From NCBI GenBank assembly GCA_963785725.1, contig CAWAWS010000039.1:256001-320000 (forward strand): 64,000 nucleotides of DNA, written 5' to 3'. This document shows positions 33,039 to 44,447 of the stretch, piece by piece. This DNA comes from an uncultured delta proteobacterium (lineage in GTDB: Bacteria > Myxococcota_A > Polyangia > Palsa-1104). A program made the position numbers and the translations under genes. Under the pieces are notes generated by a model. It saw only the letters and a list, made by a program, of their open reading frames with translations. It searched no databases and had not been told where the DNA came from. Numbering within the stretch: the first letter of the stretch is position 1; every line of letters begins with the position of its first letter.

Positions 33039-34001
33039 TTACGTGTTGGCGACCTGCCGCGCGGGCTCGGCGTCGAGGTCGTACTCCATGCGCAGCTCAT
33101 CGGTGATGACCGACTTGGTGGTCTCAGAAATCTGCCAGATGTGGTGGTTGCGGCCGAGACGGAAATCCATGTAGCCGAGCGCGCGCGAGAGCACTTCGAC
33201 GGCGATCGTCCCCAGCGCGTAACCGGTGCGCTTGGGCGTCTTCGTCGACAGCTCGGACAGCGTCAGGCGCGCGATGCGCGAGACGTCCATCGTCGACACG
33301 GTGTAGCCGCTGACGTCGCGCAGCCAATAGTGCCCGGCGGCGATGCGACGGCGCTGCTTGACGAAGTCGCGCACCGTCTCCGGCCCGTGGTTGTGCACGA
33401 CCGCTTCCGGCACGTACGCCAAGCGGTAATCGGCGGCGACGATGATCTGCTCCAGCGTCGCTTCGTCGACGCAGCTCTCGGGCGGCAGGCCATGCACGAT
33501 GCCGGCGCGCAGCATGACGAGCTCGCCCAGCTTCGGCGCCTCGAGCGCGACCTTATGGTGCATGTGCCACAGAAAGCGCGTCGCCTCGCCGGGAAACGTC
33601 CCGTGGCCGTTGGTCGGCACCGGTCGCGCGCCGCACATGCCGATGTCGTGGTTGATCAGCAGGCACTGCACGAGCCGCTCGATCGCCTCCGGCGCGACCA
33701 ACAGATCGGCCGACGAGAGGCAGATGGCTTCGACGTTGCGCGCGTTGTCGCCGTGCGCAAGATACGTGTTGATGGCCGCGACCTTTCCGCGGCGCATCGG
33801 CTCGACAATGAGACGGACAGGAATGCCGCGGCGCTGCTGGCGCTCGCGGACGATATCGGCTGTGCCGTCGGTGCAACCGCTGGCGACGACCACGATCTCG
33901 ACGATTTCGGCGCGGCGCGTCTTCTGCGATCGCAGCGAATCGATGAGCAGCCCAATATTGCGCTCTTCGTTGTACGCGGGAACGGCGACGCTGACTCTCA
34001 T
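33039..34001 (-). CDS. Glycosyltransferase family 2
   Basis: VPAYNEE, GCTDGT, GKVAAIN, QRRRI. Confidence 0.88.
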   Translation of the reverse strand: MRVSVAVPAYNEERNIGLLIDSLRSQKTRRAEIVEIVVVASGCTDGTADIVRERQQRRGIPVRLIVEPMRRGKVAAINTYLAHGDNARNVEAICLSSADLLVAPEAIERLVQCLLINHDIGMCGARPVPTNGHGTFPGEATRFLWHMHHKVALEAPKLGELVMLRAGIVHGLPPESCVDEATLEQIIVAADYRLAYVPEAVVHNHGPETVRDFVKQRRRIAAGHYWLRDVSGYTVSTMDVSRIARLTLSELSTKTPKRTGYALGTIAVEVLSRALGYMDFRLGRNHHIWQISETTKSVITDELRMEYDLDAEPARQVANT

Positions 34002-34245
34002 AAGCTCGCTTTCATTGGTCGTTAATCCAAGTAGGCTGTGACGCGCCGATCATATATGGGCAGCGACGCTACCCGGCGTTACAGCTACTTGTCAACAAAT
34101 GCGCGAGTCGTGTGCAACTTGGGTGCCCGCGCTAACGAACAGTGCAAGGGTGCGCGGGGTGTCAGAAATCAGGCAGATCGCGTCAGGGTGCGTCAGAAAG
34201 TCGACCAGGCAAACACCTTATATAATGATGCTGTGGCTGCGCAGG

Positions 34246-35262
34246 CTACGGGATGAGGACTAACTTACCCCGCGCTTTACGGTCGTGCAGATAGTGATGG
34301 GCCGCCGCCGCCTCGTCGAACTTGAACGTCTTGTCGACGAACGGCTTGATCTGGCCCGCCTCGTACATGCGCAAGAGCGCCTCGAACTGCGGCCGCACGA
34401 TGTCGAGGTGGTCGAACATCGGCCCCATGTTGACGCCCGTCACTGTCTTGTTGTCATTCATGAGCTTGATCGGGCTCCAGCACGGGATCGACATCGCCAA
34501 CTTCAAGATCGCCCATAAATTGCGCGTCTTGCCCTGCGCCATCGTCGACGCGCCGAAGTAGACGGCGCGGCCGCCGGGCGCGATGAGGTCGTACGACTGC
34601 TTCCACGAGCGGCCGCCGACGGGATCGAGGATGAGATCGATCTTGCCGTCGCCACCGACGAGCGCGCGGGCCTGCGCCACGACGTCGCCGGCCGAGTCGA
34701 GGCAGTGCTGAACGCCGCGCGCGCGTAGGAATTCGTGCTTGCCGGCGGACGCGGTGCCGATGATCTCGCAGCCGTGCGCCGTGAGGATATCGATCGACGC
34801 GAGCCCGACGCCGCCGGCCGCCGAGTGCAACAGCACCTTCATGCCACGACGAAGCGCGCCCGTGTGCAAGAGCATGTGATGGGCGGTCAAGTAGACGACC
34901 GGCAGGGCCGCGCCCTCTTCGAACGTCATCTGCGCCGGCATATGAAATGTTTGCGGAGCCGGCAGGACGACGGTGTCACTGTAGCCGCCGAAGCGCGGCA
35001 TGCCGAAGACGCGATCGCCGACGGCAAAGCCGGTGACGTCTGGTCCGACCTGATCGACGACGCCAGCCACCTCGTAGCCAACGACACACGGGATCTTGGG
35101 CGCGTCGGGATAGACGCCGACGCGCGCCATCAGGTCGGCGAAGTTGATGCCCGACGCGCGCACGCGGATGCGCACGGCGCCGGCGCCAGCCTCGGGATCG
35201 GGCGCCTCTTTGACGACGAGCACTTCGGGCGCACCAGCCTTGGTTATCCAGATCTGTCGCAT
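34246..35262 (-). CDS. MDR family NADPH:quinone oxidoreductase (VAT-1-like)
   Basis: [25 protein letters not shown]. Confidence 0.92.
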   Translation of the reverse strand: MRQIWITKAGAPEVLVVKEAPDPEAGAGAVRIRVRASGINFADLMARVGVYPDAPKIPCVVGYEVAGVVDQVGPDVTGFAVGDRVFGMPRFGGYSDTVVLPAPQTFHMPAQMTFEEGAALPVVYLTAHHMLLHTGALRRGMKVLLHSAAGGVGLASIDILTAHGCEIIGTASAGKHEFLRARGVQHCLDSAGDVVAQARALVGGDGKIDLILDPVGGRSWKQSYDLIAPGGRAVYFGASTMAQGKTRNLWAILKLAMSIPCWSPIKLMNDNKTVTGVNMGPMFDHLDIVRPQFEALLRMYEAGQIKPFVDKTFKFDEAAAAHHYLHDRKARGKLVLIP

Positions 35263-35295
35263 TTTGGCGATGATACATGCCAGAATGGGTCAATC

Positions 35296-36630
<1,335 letters not shown>

Positions 36631-36655
36631 CAAAACCGCCGCGAGCGCGACGGTT

Positions 36656-37858
36656 TTAACGAGCAGCGCGCGAAGGCGAGAGCTGCTCGGCTTGCTGCTT
36701 CACGCCGCGCAAAATCACGAGCTGCAGGCCGACGTCGATGCCGTATTCGAAGAACGGCTCGAGGCGATAGAGCTCCTTGATGACCATGCTGCCGCGATCG
36801 AAGTTCTCGAGGCAGCGGAGCACGATCTCGGCCTGCGCGTCGCCGCCGTCGTGCAGCTCACGCACGTCCCAGCGCATGCGGCCGCGCTGCAAGTCGCCGT
36901 CGAGGCCGAACATGTCGACGGACGTGGCGTTGCTGGCGACGCCCCACGTCGTGTCCCACGACATCAGCGGCAGCGATTGGTCGAGCTGGAAGCCGGGCAG
37001 GCCCGAGCGTGCGCCGAGCGCCTTCGACTTCTCGATCGTCGGCACGAAGCGCGACCACTCGCCGGTGTTGCTGGCGACGCGCACGAGCACATCGGCGCGG
37101 GCGCGCGTGCGGTCGACGAGGTTGACCTCGGACAAGCGGCCGCCGGCGCGGCGAAACAGCGCCACCGTGCCGCGATCGAGCAGGAAGCCGAGGTTCGGCT
37201 GCGCGCCGCCCGGCGGCATCGACTGCGGCCCGGCCACTTTCTCCGACTGCTGCTTGATGGCGAGCAACAACGTCAGCTGCGGAATGAGCGCCAGGCCGTA
37301 TTCGAGCGTCTGCGCGCGGTGAATCAGCTTGCCGTACAAGCCGTCCGTCGGAATTTGCGTGTAGCCGTAACAGACGAGCAGCGTGCCGCCCGGCGCCGCG
37401 TAGAATTCCCAGCGATAGTGGCGCACGCCGTTGTCGTCGGGATCATAGACGTCGATGGGCGCTTCGGCCTGACCCGGCACCGGCGGCAAGAAGACGTAAC
37501 GATGCCGGCCGTCGACGCTGATGATGGAGTAGTCGAGCTTGTATTCGTGGAACAGCGAGCCCGACGGCTCGCGGCGCGCATCGGAGCGCGTCATGTTGGG
37601 CACGAACTTGCCGTAGCCGCCCGGATTGGCGACGATGGCGTGCACCACCGACGGCGGCGCGGCGACGAGCGAGACGGTCGTCAGCTGCTTGAGCAGGCCG
37701 CGAGCGTCGTACTCGATGAGCGCCAGATCCGCCTGATGCAGCGACGGCGCCAGCGTCAGCAGCTTGTCGCCCGGCAACGGTGTGAGCGGCCACGGCTTCG
37801 CATTGGCGGCCGCGATCGAGCTTGCGCATAGCACGAGAAGCAGCGGGACTACGCGCAT
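36656..37858 (-). CDS. Secreted tandem SRPBCC/START-like domain protein
   Basis: Signal peptide; two YGKFVPNM / WSRFVPTI SRPBCC-like repeats. Confidence 0.6.
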   Translation of the reverse strand: MRVVPLLLVLCASSIAAANAKPWPLTPLPGDKLLTLAPSLHQADLALIEYDARGLLKQLTTVSLVAAPPSVVHAIVANPGGYGKFVPNMTRSDARREPSGSLFHEYKLDYSIISVDGRHRYVFLPPVPGQAEAPIDVYDPDDNGVRHYRWEFYAAPGGTLLVCYGYTQIPTDGLYGKLIHRAQTLEYGLALIPQLTLLLAIKQQSEKVAGPQSMPPGGAQPNLGFLLDRGTVALFRRAGGRLSEVNLVDRTRARADVLVRVASNTGEWSRFVPTIEKSKALGARSGLPGFQLDQSLPLMSWDTTWGVASNATSVDMFGLDGDLQRGRMRWDVRELHDGGDAQAEIVLRCLENFDRGSMVIKELYRLEPFFEYGIDVGLQLVILRGVKQQAEQLSPSRAAR

Positions 37859-37874
37859 CAGCGGTAAGCCTAGC

Positions 37875-38999
37875 TTACGTTGCAGCCGTTTCAACTTTCG
37901 CCTTCCGTCCCCACAGCCGCCGCTGCAGCGCCAGACCCTTGATTTCGATGTAGCGCTCGAACGCGTGGGCCGACAGCGCGAACGACGAGCGCAGCGACTG
38001 GCGACCGAGGATGAGCCGCTCGGTGTCGCGCTCCTCGGCGTTCCAGGCGAACTTATAGGTTTCGTCGCCGCGCAGGAGGTCGAACTCGCGCGCACCATCG
38101 AGCATGGCTCGTTCGACTGCGTAGGACATGGTGACGTTGCCAATGGAAAACTTGGAGAAAGCAAGATCGAAGCCGCTCAGGTAATAGTAGACGCGCGGAC
38201 CGAGCTGAAAACAGTAGAAGGCGGCGCGGATGACGCCGTCGAGCTTGAGCCGGTGCAGCTTGAGCCAGCCGCGCGCGAGAAACAGCTGCGCGACTTCGTG
38301 ATGAAACGCCTGAATCCGCGCACCTGCGAAGGCGCCGGCGACGCCGCGACGGCGCCAGCGGGCGTTGTGCAGCGCGAACAGCGCCTCCATCGACTCGCGC
38401 AAATTCTCGGGCGCGGCGATGTCGGCCTCGGCTTTGAACTGCTTGGCGACCTGGCGACGACGGCGACCGACGTTGGTGCGCATATTCTTCGACAGTCGAC
38501 CGACGAATTTCTCCCACGTCGCATCGAGCGGAATATACGGGCAGACGCGGTGATGCACGAGCAGCGGACGCAGCCCGCGCGGCATCTCAGCGGTGGTGGC
38601 GAGCGAAGTGCCCTTGCGTTGGTCCGCGAAATCGCACAGATCCCAGCGATCTGCATGCGCCGCCAGGTATTCGAGGAACGCTTGTCGCGTCGCCGTTTCG
38701 TGACCGGCCGCGGCCAAGATCTGCTGAAAATCGGACAGGGGCGCGCCCAAGAAGCGGACTTGGCGCAGCGGGGTGCCGCGATAGCGCGCGATGTGCAGCG
38801 GCATGAGCCCTTGTATGACACCGTTGTCGCGGGCCACGAGCACCCACAAGCGACCCGAGCCGTGATGACGCCACCACGTCTCCTGCCATTCGAACGATTG
38901 AAACGGGGTCGGATCAGCCGCGCGTCCGAGAAGATCGTTCCACTCCGCGCGCAGCGACGAGAGCGCCGCACCGTCGGTGACTTCGAGAACCTGCAACAT
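37875..38999 (-). CDS. CelD/BcsL-type GNAT acetyltransferase
   Basis: PFQSFEWQETWW, YYYLSGFD, FDLLRGDETYK. Confidence 0.9.
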   Translation of the reverse strand: MLQVLEVTDGAALSSLRAEWNDLLGRAADPTPFQSFEWQETWWRHHGSGRLWVLVARDNGVIQGLMPLHIARYRGTPLRQVRFLGAPLSDFQQILAAAGHETATRQAFLEYLAAHADRWDLCDFADQRKGTSLATTAEMPRGLRPLLVHHRVCPYIPLDATWEKFVGRLSKNMRTNVGRRRRQVAKQFKAEADIAAPENLRESMEALFALHNARWRRRGVAGAFAGARIQAFHHEVAQLFLARGWLKLHRLKLDGVIRAAFYCFQLGPRVYYYLSGFDLAFSKFSIGNVTMSYAVERAMLDGAREFDLLRGDETYKFAWNAEERDTERLILGRQSLRSSFALSAHAFERYIEIKGLALQRRLWGRKAKVETAAT

Positions 39000-39019
39000 C
39001 GCGCCGCGGATTATGCAGC

Positions 39020-40081
39020 ATGACCGCGCGTTGTATACTGTATAGTGCGCCGCCCTTGGAACGGTTCTTGGATGACGCCCGTCCCCGCGTGACTTGGAAG
39101 CGGACGCTGCTGCGCTGGATGCTCCCGACGCTGCTCTTGGCGGCGATCGTCGGCCTGCTCGGACGGCAGATCGATCTACGGCATTTCTGGACGACGCTGG
39201 CGCACGCGCGCTGGCCGCTGGTGGCGTTGGCGGCGGGGTTGGCGGCGACGCTGTGCATGGGCGGCTTGGTGTTGCGGCTGTTTCGGCTGCTGCAGCAGCT
39301 GCCGCACGACGAGCCGGTGGGCGTGTGGGAATTGGCGTCGATCTACTTCGCGTCGTCGGCGGCGCACAACGTCCTGCCGGCGCCGGCGGGTGAAGTCTTG
39401 CGCACGGTGCAGCTCAAGCGGCGGCACGGTTATACCGTCGGGGTGTTGGTCGCGGCGCAGCTGATCGAGAAGGTCATCGAGGCGCTCGGCTTGGCCATCG
39501 GTGCGCTGACGATGGCGTCGCTCGGGCAGCTGCCGCACGCGCTCGACCGCTGGATGTTCGGCGTCGCGGCGCTCGGCGTCGGCGGCGCGGTGGTCGCGCT
39601 CATCGTCGGCTGGCGTTATCGACCGACGACGGCGCCGCTGCCGGACGCGGCCGGGCTGCCGTTTGGCGCTGCGCTGCGCGTGAACGTTGGCAACTTCTTT
39701 CGTCGTCTGGGCGAGGGGTTGCATCAGCTGCGCGCGCCGCTCGTGTGGCTGCGGGCGCTCGGCTGGTCGATGTTGTCGGACGCAGCCAACGCCGTGACCG
39801 TCGGGCTGTGTCTGATGGCGGTGGGGGTGACGTTGCCGTTCGCGGCGTGGTTCTTGACGATGTTGGCGGCGCGCGGCGCCGGGCTCGTGCCGTCGACGCC
39901 GGGGCAGTTCGGCGTGCAGGAAGCGGGCGTCGTCGGCGCGCTCAGCCTCGTCGGCGTCGACCAAGATCGCGCGCTCGCCATCGCCCTGTTGCATCATATG
40001 GCGCACTTCATCCCGGTGACGTTGATCGGGCTCATCGAGCTGCGGCGCTGGTGGGCGCCGACCAAGGAGGCCTCGCAGTGA
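39020..40081 (+). CDS. Lysylphosphatidylglycerol synthase TM-domain (flippase-like) protein
   Basis: Multi-TM; NVLPAPAGEVLR, PSTPGQFGVQE. Confidence 0.85.
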   Translation: MTARCILYSAPPLERFLDDARPRVTWKRTLLRWMLPTLLLAAIVGLLGRQIDLRHFWTTLAHARWPLVALAAGLAATLCMGGLVLRLFRLLQQLPHDEPVGVWELASIYFASSAAHNVLPAPAGEVLRTVQLKRRHGYTVGVLVAAQLIEKVIEALGLAIGALTMASLGQLPHALDRWMFGVAALGVGGAVVALIVGWRYRPTTAPLPDAAGLPFGAALRVNVGNFFRRLGEGLHQLRAPLVWLRALGWSMLSDAANAVTVGLCLMAVGVTLPFAAWFLTMLAARGAGLVPSTPGQFGVQEAGVVGALSLVGVDQDRALAIALLHHMAHFIPVTLIGLIELRRWWAPTKEASQ

Positions 40082-40336
40082 GCGAGCGCGAGCGAGCGAA
40101 CTTGAGCGTGGCCCGTAGGGCCCGCGGATCGACGTCAGCCTCACGGACGCGGCTGGTGCGTCCGTGAGCGAGCGCGAGCGAGCGAACTTGAGCGTGGCCC
40201 GTAGGGCCCGCGGATCGACGTCTGTCTCACGGACGCGGCTGGTGCGTTCCGTGAGCGAGCGCGAGCGAGCGAACTTGAGCGTGGCCCGTAGGGCCCGCGG
40301 ATCGACGTCAGCCTCACGGACGCGGCTGGTGCGTCC
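40078..40336. repeat. Three tandem near-identical 86-87 bp REP-like units
   Basis: GTGAGCGAGCGCGAGCGAGCGAACTTGAGC... at 40078, 40164, 40251; no unique spacers. Confidence 0.92.
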
Positions 40337-40375
40337 GTGAGCGCCCCGCAGGAATCACAGGAACGAGATACGAAG

Positions 40376-42889
40376 ATGAAACGGCTGTTCACTTGGTACG
40401 TCGACATCGCCGATCGCCACAACGGCAAGCTGTTGGCGGCGCTGCTCGGGCTCATGTTCGTCTCGGCGTTCTTTGCGTCGCGACTCGAATTGCATACGGA
40501 TTTCGCGGAGCTGTTGCCGCCGACGCATCCGGCGGTGGTCGCTTATCACGGCATTTCGGGGCGGCAGCGCAGCGCGACGAACCTCGTCATGCTGATTCAT
40601 TCGCCGAACGCCGAGGCCAACTTTCGGCTCGCCGAGGCGCTCCGGCCGCGCCTGCAGGCGCTCGTGCCCAAGACGTTCACGCAGATTCAGTGGTCCAAAG
40701 ACAAGGAAATGCCGGAGTTCTTCCGGCAAGAGAAGTGGCTGTACGCGGAGACCAAGGATCTCGAGAACGCCGAGGCGCTGCTCGATCGCATCATCGCGCG
40801 CCGCTCGCAGCCGGGCTTCGTCGACTTGGAAGGCGATCCCGAGGAAGAGCTGAAGAAGCTGCGCGGCGACATCGACCAGAAGCTGCCGCCGGCGCCGTCG
40901 ACGGGGCGCAAAGGCGAATACTTCGAAGGGCCGATCACGCCGAAGGGCGGCGTCGAGGAGCACTACATCGGCATCATGCTATGGCAGCAGCTCGACGGCC
41001 TGGCGACGCAAGGCGCGCGCGAGGCGCTCGATGCGACACGCAAAGCCGTCGCCGACGCCAACCCGAAGAGCTTCGACCCGCACATGAGCGTCGACTACAC
41101 GGGCGGCATCTATCAGGCGATCGAGCAGCAGGACGGCGTCAAAGACGATCTGACCCTGGCGACGGCGCTGGTGACGATCTGCGTGCTCTTGGCGCTCTAC
41201 AGTTACTTCCGGCGCCTGGCGCTGCTGTGGGTCATCGGCGCGCCGGCGTTCCTCGGCCTCCTGATGGCGCTGTTCTTGGCGTCGGTGACGATTCACTATT
41301 TGAACCTCACGACGTCGTTCCTCATCTCGATCATTCTCGGCAACGGCATCAACTCGCCGATCATTTTGCTCGGGCGCTACGGCGAGGAGCGCGAGGCGGG
41401 ACGGTCGGTGACGACGTCGCTGCAGGTGGCGATGACGGGCTCGTTCACCGGCATCGCGGTCGCGGTCGCGGCGGCGTCGGTGGCGTACGGCAGCTTGTTG
41501 TCGACGGCGTTTCGCGGGTTCAACCAGTTCGGCTTGCTCGGCGGCGCGGGCATGATCTTCGTCGGCTTGATGACGTTCGTGTTGGTGCCGCCGCTGGTCA
41601 TCTTCGGTGAGCGGCGCTGGCCGGGGCAGTTCACGCCGCGACGGAACTTGTGGCGCGTGCTGTTCGCGCACCTGGGTCGGCTGTCGGTTCGCCATCCGCT
41701 GCTCTTGGCGCTGCTCGCGGTCGTCGGGCTGGGCGCGGCGGTGAAGCCGCTCTATGGCTACGCCAAAGATCCGCTCGAATGGAACATGGAGAACCTGCGC
41801 ACGGACGATCCGCCGTCGCAGAAGTTCTGGAAGCCGATGGAGCAGCTGGGCATGGCCGACGTCGGCGCCGGCTTCATCGCCAACAAAGGCGTGCTGCTCG
41901 TCGACAAGCCGGAGCAGGCCGACGCCGTCGCCGACGCGTTGCGCGCGCAGGACGAAGCCAAAGGGCCCGAGCTGCACGTGCTCAAGGTCGTGCGCACGAT
42001 TCATACGGTGTTGCCGCAGAATCAGCCGGAGAAGCTGGAGATCTTGGCGCGCATTCGCCGCAAGATCGATCGGCACGTGCGGCTGATGGACGACAAGGAG
42101 AAGGCGGAGGTCGGGGAGTGGCGGCCGCCGGATTCGCTGCGTCCGCTCGACGTCGACGATCTGCCGAAGGTCATTCGCGACGCGTTCACCGAGACCGACG
42201 GTCAGCGCGGACGGCTCGTCGGCATCGACAGCGATCACCGGACCTATTACGACTGGCGCGGCCGCGATTTGCTGCGGCTGTCGCAGGCGCTGACGGTCAA
42301 GGCGCTCGGCCGCACGTGGGTGGCGGCGTCGACGGCGACGCTGTTCGCGGGCATGTTGGAGACGATCATCGCCGACGGCCCGCGCGTGACCGAGGTGGCG
42401 CTGTTGGGCGTGACCCTCTTGGTGCTGCTGCTGTTCGGGCTGCCGGTGTTGATCGCCGATCCGTCGCCGCGAGGCTTCTTGCGTGCGATCGGGAGCGCGC
42501 TGCCGGTGCTGGTGTCGCTGGCGGTCGGTGTCACGTGGCTGGGCGGGATCGTGGGCGCGATTCAGCTGAAGCTGAACTTCATGAACTTCGTGGCGGTGCC
42601 GATTACGCTCGGCGTCGGCGCGGATTACGCGGCCAACATTTGGGCGCGCGTCAGGCACGACGGTGTCGGGCGGCTGCAGGAGGTCGTGGCCGATACCGGC
42701 AGCGCCGTGGCGTTGTGCTCGCTGACGACGATCATCGGATATTCGTCGCTGCTGCTGTCGCACAATCGAGCGCTGCGGTCGTTCGGCAAGCTGGCGGATC
42801 TGGGGGAGATCTTGTGTCTGCTGGCGGCGCTGGTGGTGTTGCCGGCGCTGATCCGGCTGGTCCTGGGGCGGCTGGCGAGACGGGCGTGA
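40376..42889 (+). CDS. MMPL/RND-family membrane transporter
   Basis: Two TM halves, IILGNGIN, ITLGVGADY, SLTTIIGYSSL. Confidence 0.88.
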   Translation: MKRLFTWYVDIADRHNGKLLAALLGLMFVSAFFASRLELHTDFAELLPPTHPAVVAYHGISGRQRSATNLVMLIHSPNAEANFRLAEALRPRLQALVPKTFTQIQWSKDKEMPEFFRQEKWLYAETKDLENAEALLDRIIARRSQPGFVDLEGDPEEELKKLRGDIDQKLPPAPSTGRKGEYFEGPITPKGGVEEHYIGIMLWQQLDGLATQGAREALDATRKAVADANPKSFDPHMSVDYTGGIYQAIEQQDGVKDDLTLATALVTICVLLALYSYFRRLALLWVIGAPAFLGLLMALFLASVTIHYLNLTTSFLISIILGNGINSPIILLGRYGEEREAGRSVTTSLQVAMTGSFTGIAVAVAAASVAYGSLLSTAFRGFNQFGLLGGAGMIFVGLMTFVLVPPLVIFGERRWPGQFTPRRNLWRVLFAHLGRLSVRHPLLLALLAVVGLGAAVKPLYGYAKDPLEWNMENLRTDDPPSQKFWKPMEQLGMADVGAGFIANKGVLLVDKPEQADAVADALRAQDEAKGPELHVLKVVRTIHTVLPQNQPEKLEILARIRRKIDRHVRLMDDKEKAEVGEWRPPDSLRPLDVDDLPKVIRDAFTETDGQRGRLVGIDSDHRTYYDWRGRDLLRLSQALTVKALGRTWVAASTATLFAGMLETIIADGPRVTEVALLGVTLLVLLLFGLPVLIADPSPRGFLRAIGSALPVLVSLAVGVTWLGGIVGAIQLKLNFMNFVAVPITLGVGADYAANIWARVRHDGVGRLQEVVADTGSAVALCSLTTIIGYSSLLLSHNRALRSFGKLADLGEILCLLAALVVLPALIRLVLGRLARRA

Positions 42890-43230
42890 CGGGCGGCGGC
42901 TGAGGCGGCTGAGGCGCCTGTCGGGCGTGAGGCGGCTGTCGGGGCGTGGGGCGGCTGTCGCGACGGGGGTGACGGGCGGCGGCTTGAGGCGGCGGTGGCG
43001 GCTTGCGGCTGGCGGGCGGGGATTAGCGGTGAGCGGATTGGCGCTGGCGCGCGGGCGGGCTGTGCCCGCGCGCGGCGGCGCTCCGCCGCGCCGGCCATCG
43101 GTGGAGCGCGCACCGCGATCGCATGGTTTATCGCGGGCTTGGTCTTGAATCGCCGACGTTCGCCCCCAAGCGCAACGTCACGCGCTCGAACGCAACGTCA
43201 CGCGTCGAGCAGCGCGGCGGCGCCGGGCGG

Positions 43231-44268
43231 TCAGACGTCGATGAGCGCGAGGCCGAGCAGCTTGGCGGGCGCGAGCTGCTCGACGGCGCGCGTGAGCGTG
43301 CGCGCCGACGTCGAGCGCGACCACGCCGTGAACAGCACGCCGTCAGCCGCGTCCTCGACGAGGTTGACGTCCGCGATGCCGAGCACCGGCGGCGTGTCGA
43401 TGACGATGTAGTCGTAGCCCGCGTGGCGCAGCATGTCGACGGCGAGCGTGAACGCCGGCCCGTCGAGCAGCGGCTGCGACTCCGACTCCGGCTTGACCGC
43501 CAGCACATGCAGCGACGGCGACAAGATCTCGACGACGCTCCACGCTTCCTGCGGGCTCTCCTTGTGCCGCTGGAGCTGCACCGAGAAGCACTCCGGCGGC
43601 AAGAAGCCGAACAGCGCCGCCAGCGCCGGCGTCCGAAAATTGGCCTCGATGAGCAGCACGCGCGCGCGTCCGCATTCGCCGAGCGCCAACGCCAGATTGG
43701 CGGCGCACGTCGTCTTGCCCTCGCGCGGCCCGGCGCTGGTCACGGCGATGACGCGCGGATCGCCGCGCTCGGCCAGCCGATGCCGCATGACGCGAAAGCT
43801 CGCCGCCCGCGCCGAATCCGGCTCGCGCACGAGGATGAGCCGCGCGTCAGGATCCTCCGGTGGCTTGTGCGTCGCCACCCAAACCTGCGTGCGCGGCGAC
43901 GTCGCCGGCGAGCCGACCTGCACTTCGACGGCGGCCAGCTGCTGCGTCGCCGGCGGCGTGAGGTTGCGCTGTCGCGTCGTCGCGTGCGGCACCAGCGCCG
44001 TCCGAATATTCTCCTCCGACACGAAGCGCGCGCCCGGCGCCGACGGCTGCGCCCGCGTCGGATCCTCGCCGCCGCCTTCGTCTTCCGCCAGCACGCTCTC
44101 GGCCAACGCCCGCGCGCGCGCCGAGCTCGAGCCGAGCGTCTGCATCTGCGCCGTCGGGCGCGCGTCCATTCCCGGCCGTGGCGTCAGCACGCGCTCGCGC
44201 TCCGGCTTGACGCGCTCGATGTTGCGCTCGGTCGGCCCCGCGGCGGCCGCGTTCCAATCGGCGCCCAC
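43231..44268 (-). CDS. CpsD/CapB-family tyrosine kinase (Wzc kinase domain); N-terminus may extend to 44455 across a frameshift
   Basis: VTSAGPREGKTT, VLLIEANFR, YIVIDTPP. Confidence 0.85.
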   Translation of the reverse strand: MGADWNAAAAGPTERNIERVKPERERVLTPRPGMDARPTAQMQTLGSSSARARALAESVLAEDEGGGEDPTRAQPSAPGARFVSEENIRTALVPHATTRQRNLTPPATQQLAAVEVQVGSPATSPRTQVWVATHKPPEDPDARLILVREPDSARAASFRVMRHRLAERGDPRVIAVTSAGPREGKTTCAANLALALGECGRARVLLIEANFRTPALAALFGFLPPECFSVQLQRHKESPQEAWSVVEILSPSLHVLAVKPESESQPLLDGPAFTLAVDMLRHAGYDYIVIDTPPVLGIADVNLVEDAADGVLFTAWSRSTSARTLTRAVEQLAPAKLLGLALIDV

Positions 44269-44447
44269 ACGATTCGATCGTCCCCGGCGCCGCCGCGCGC
44301 TCCGACGTCACGCGCTCGGACAGCGGCTGCGCCGACACGCGCTCGGCCGTGACCCGCTGCTCGCTCGCTTCACGCGGCACCGGCATGCGCGGCTGCGTGA
44401 CGCGCGCCGGCGGCTGCTCGCCGTCACCACTGCCGGGCCGGCGCGAA

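Noticed and set aside
40078..40336. CRISPR array (also considered at 14030-14303, 46237-46440, 48420-49270 and 51400-51605)
   Set aside because: Units are head-to-tail tandem copies or have homologous spacers; no unique spacers between 23-47 bp repeats and no cas genes in the window
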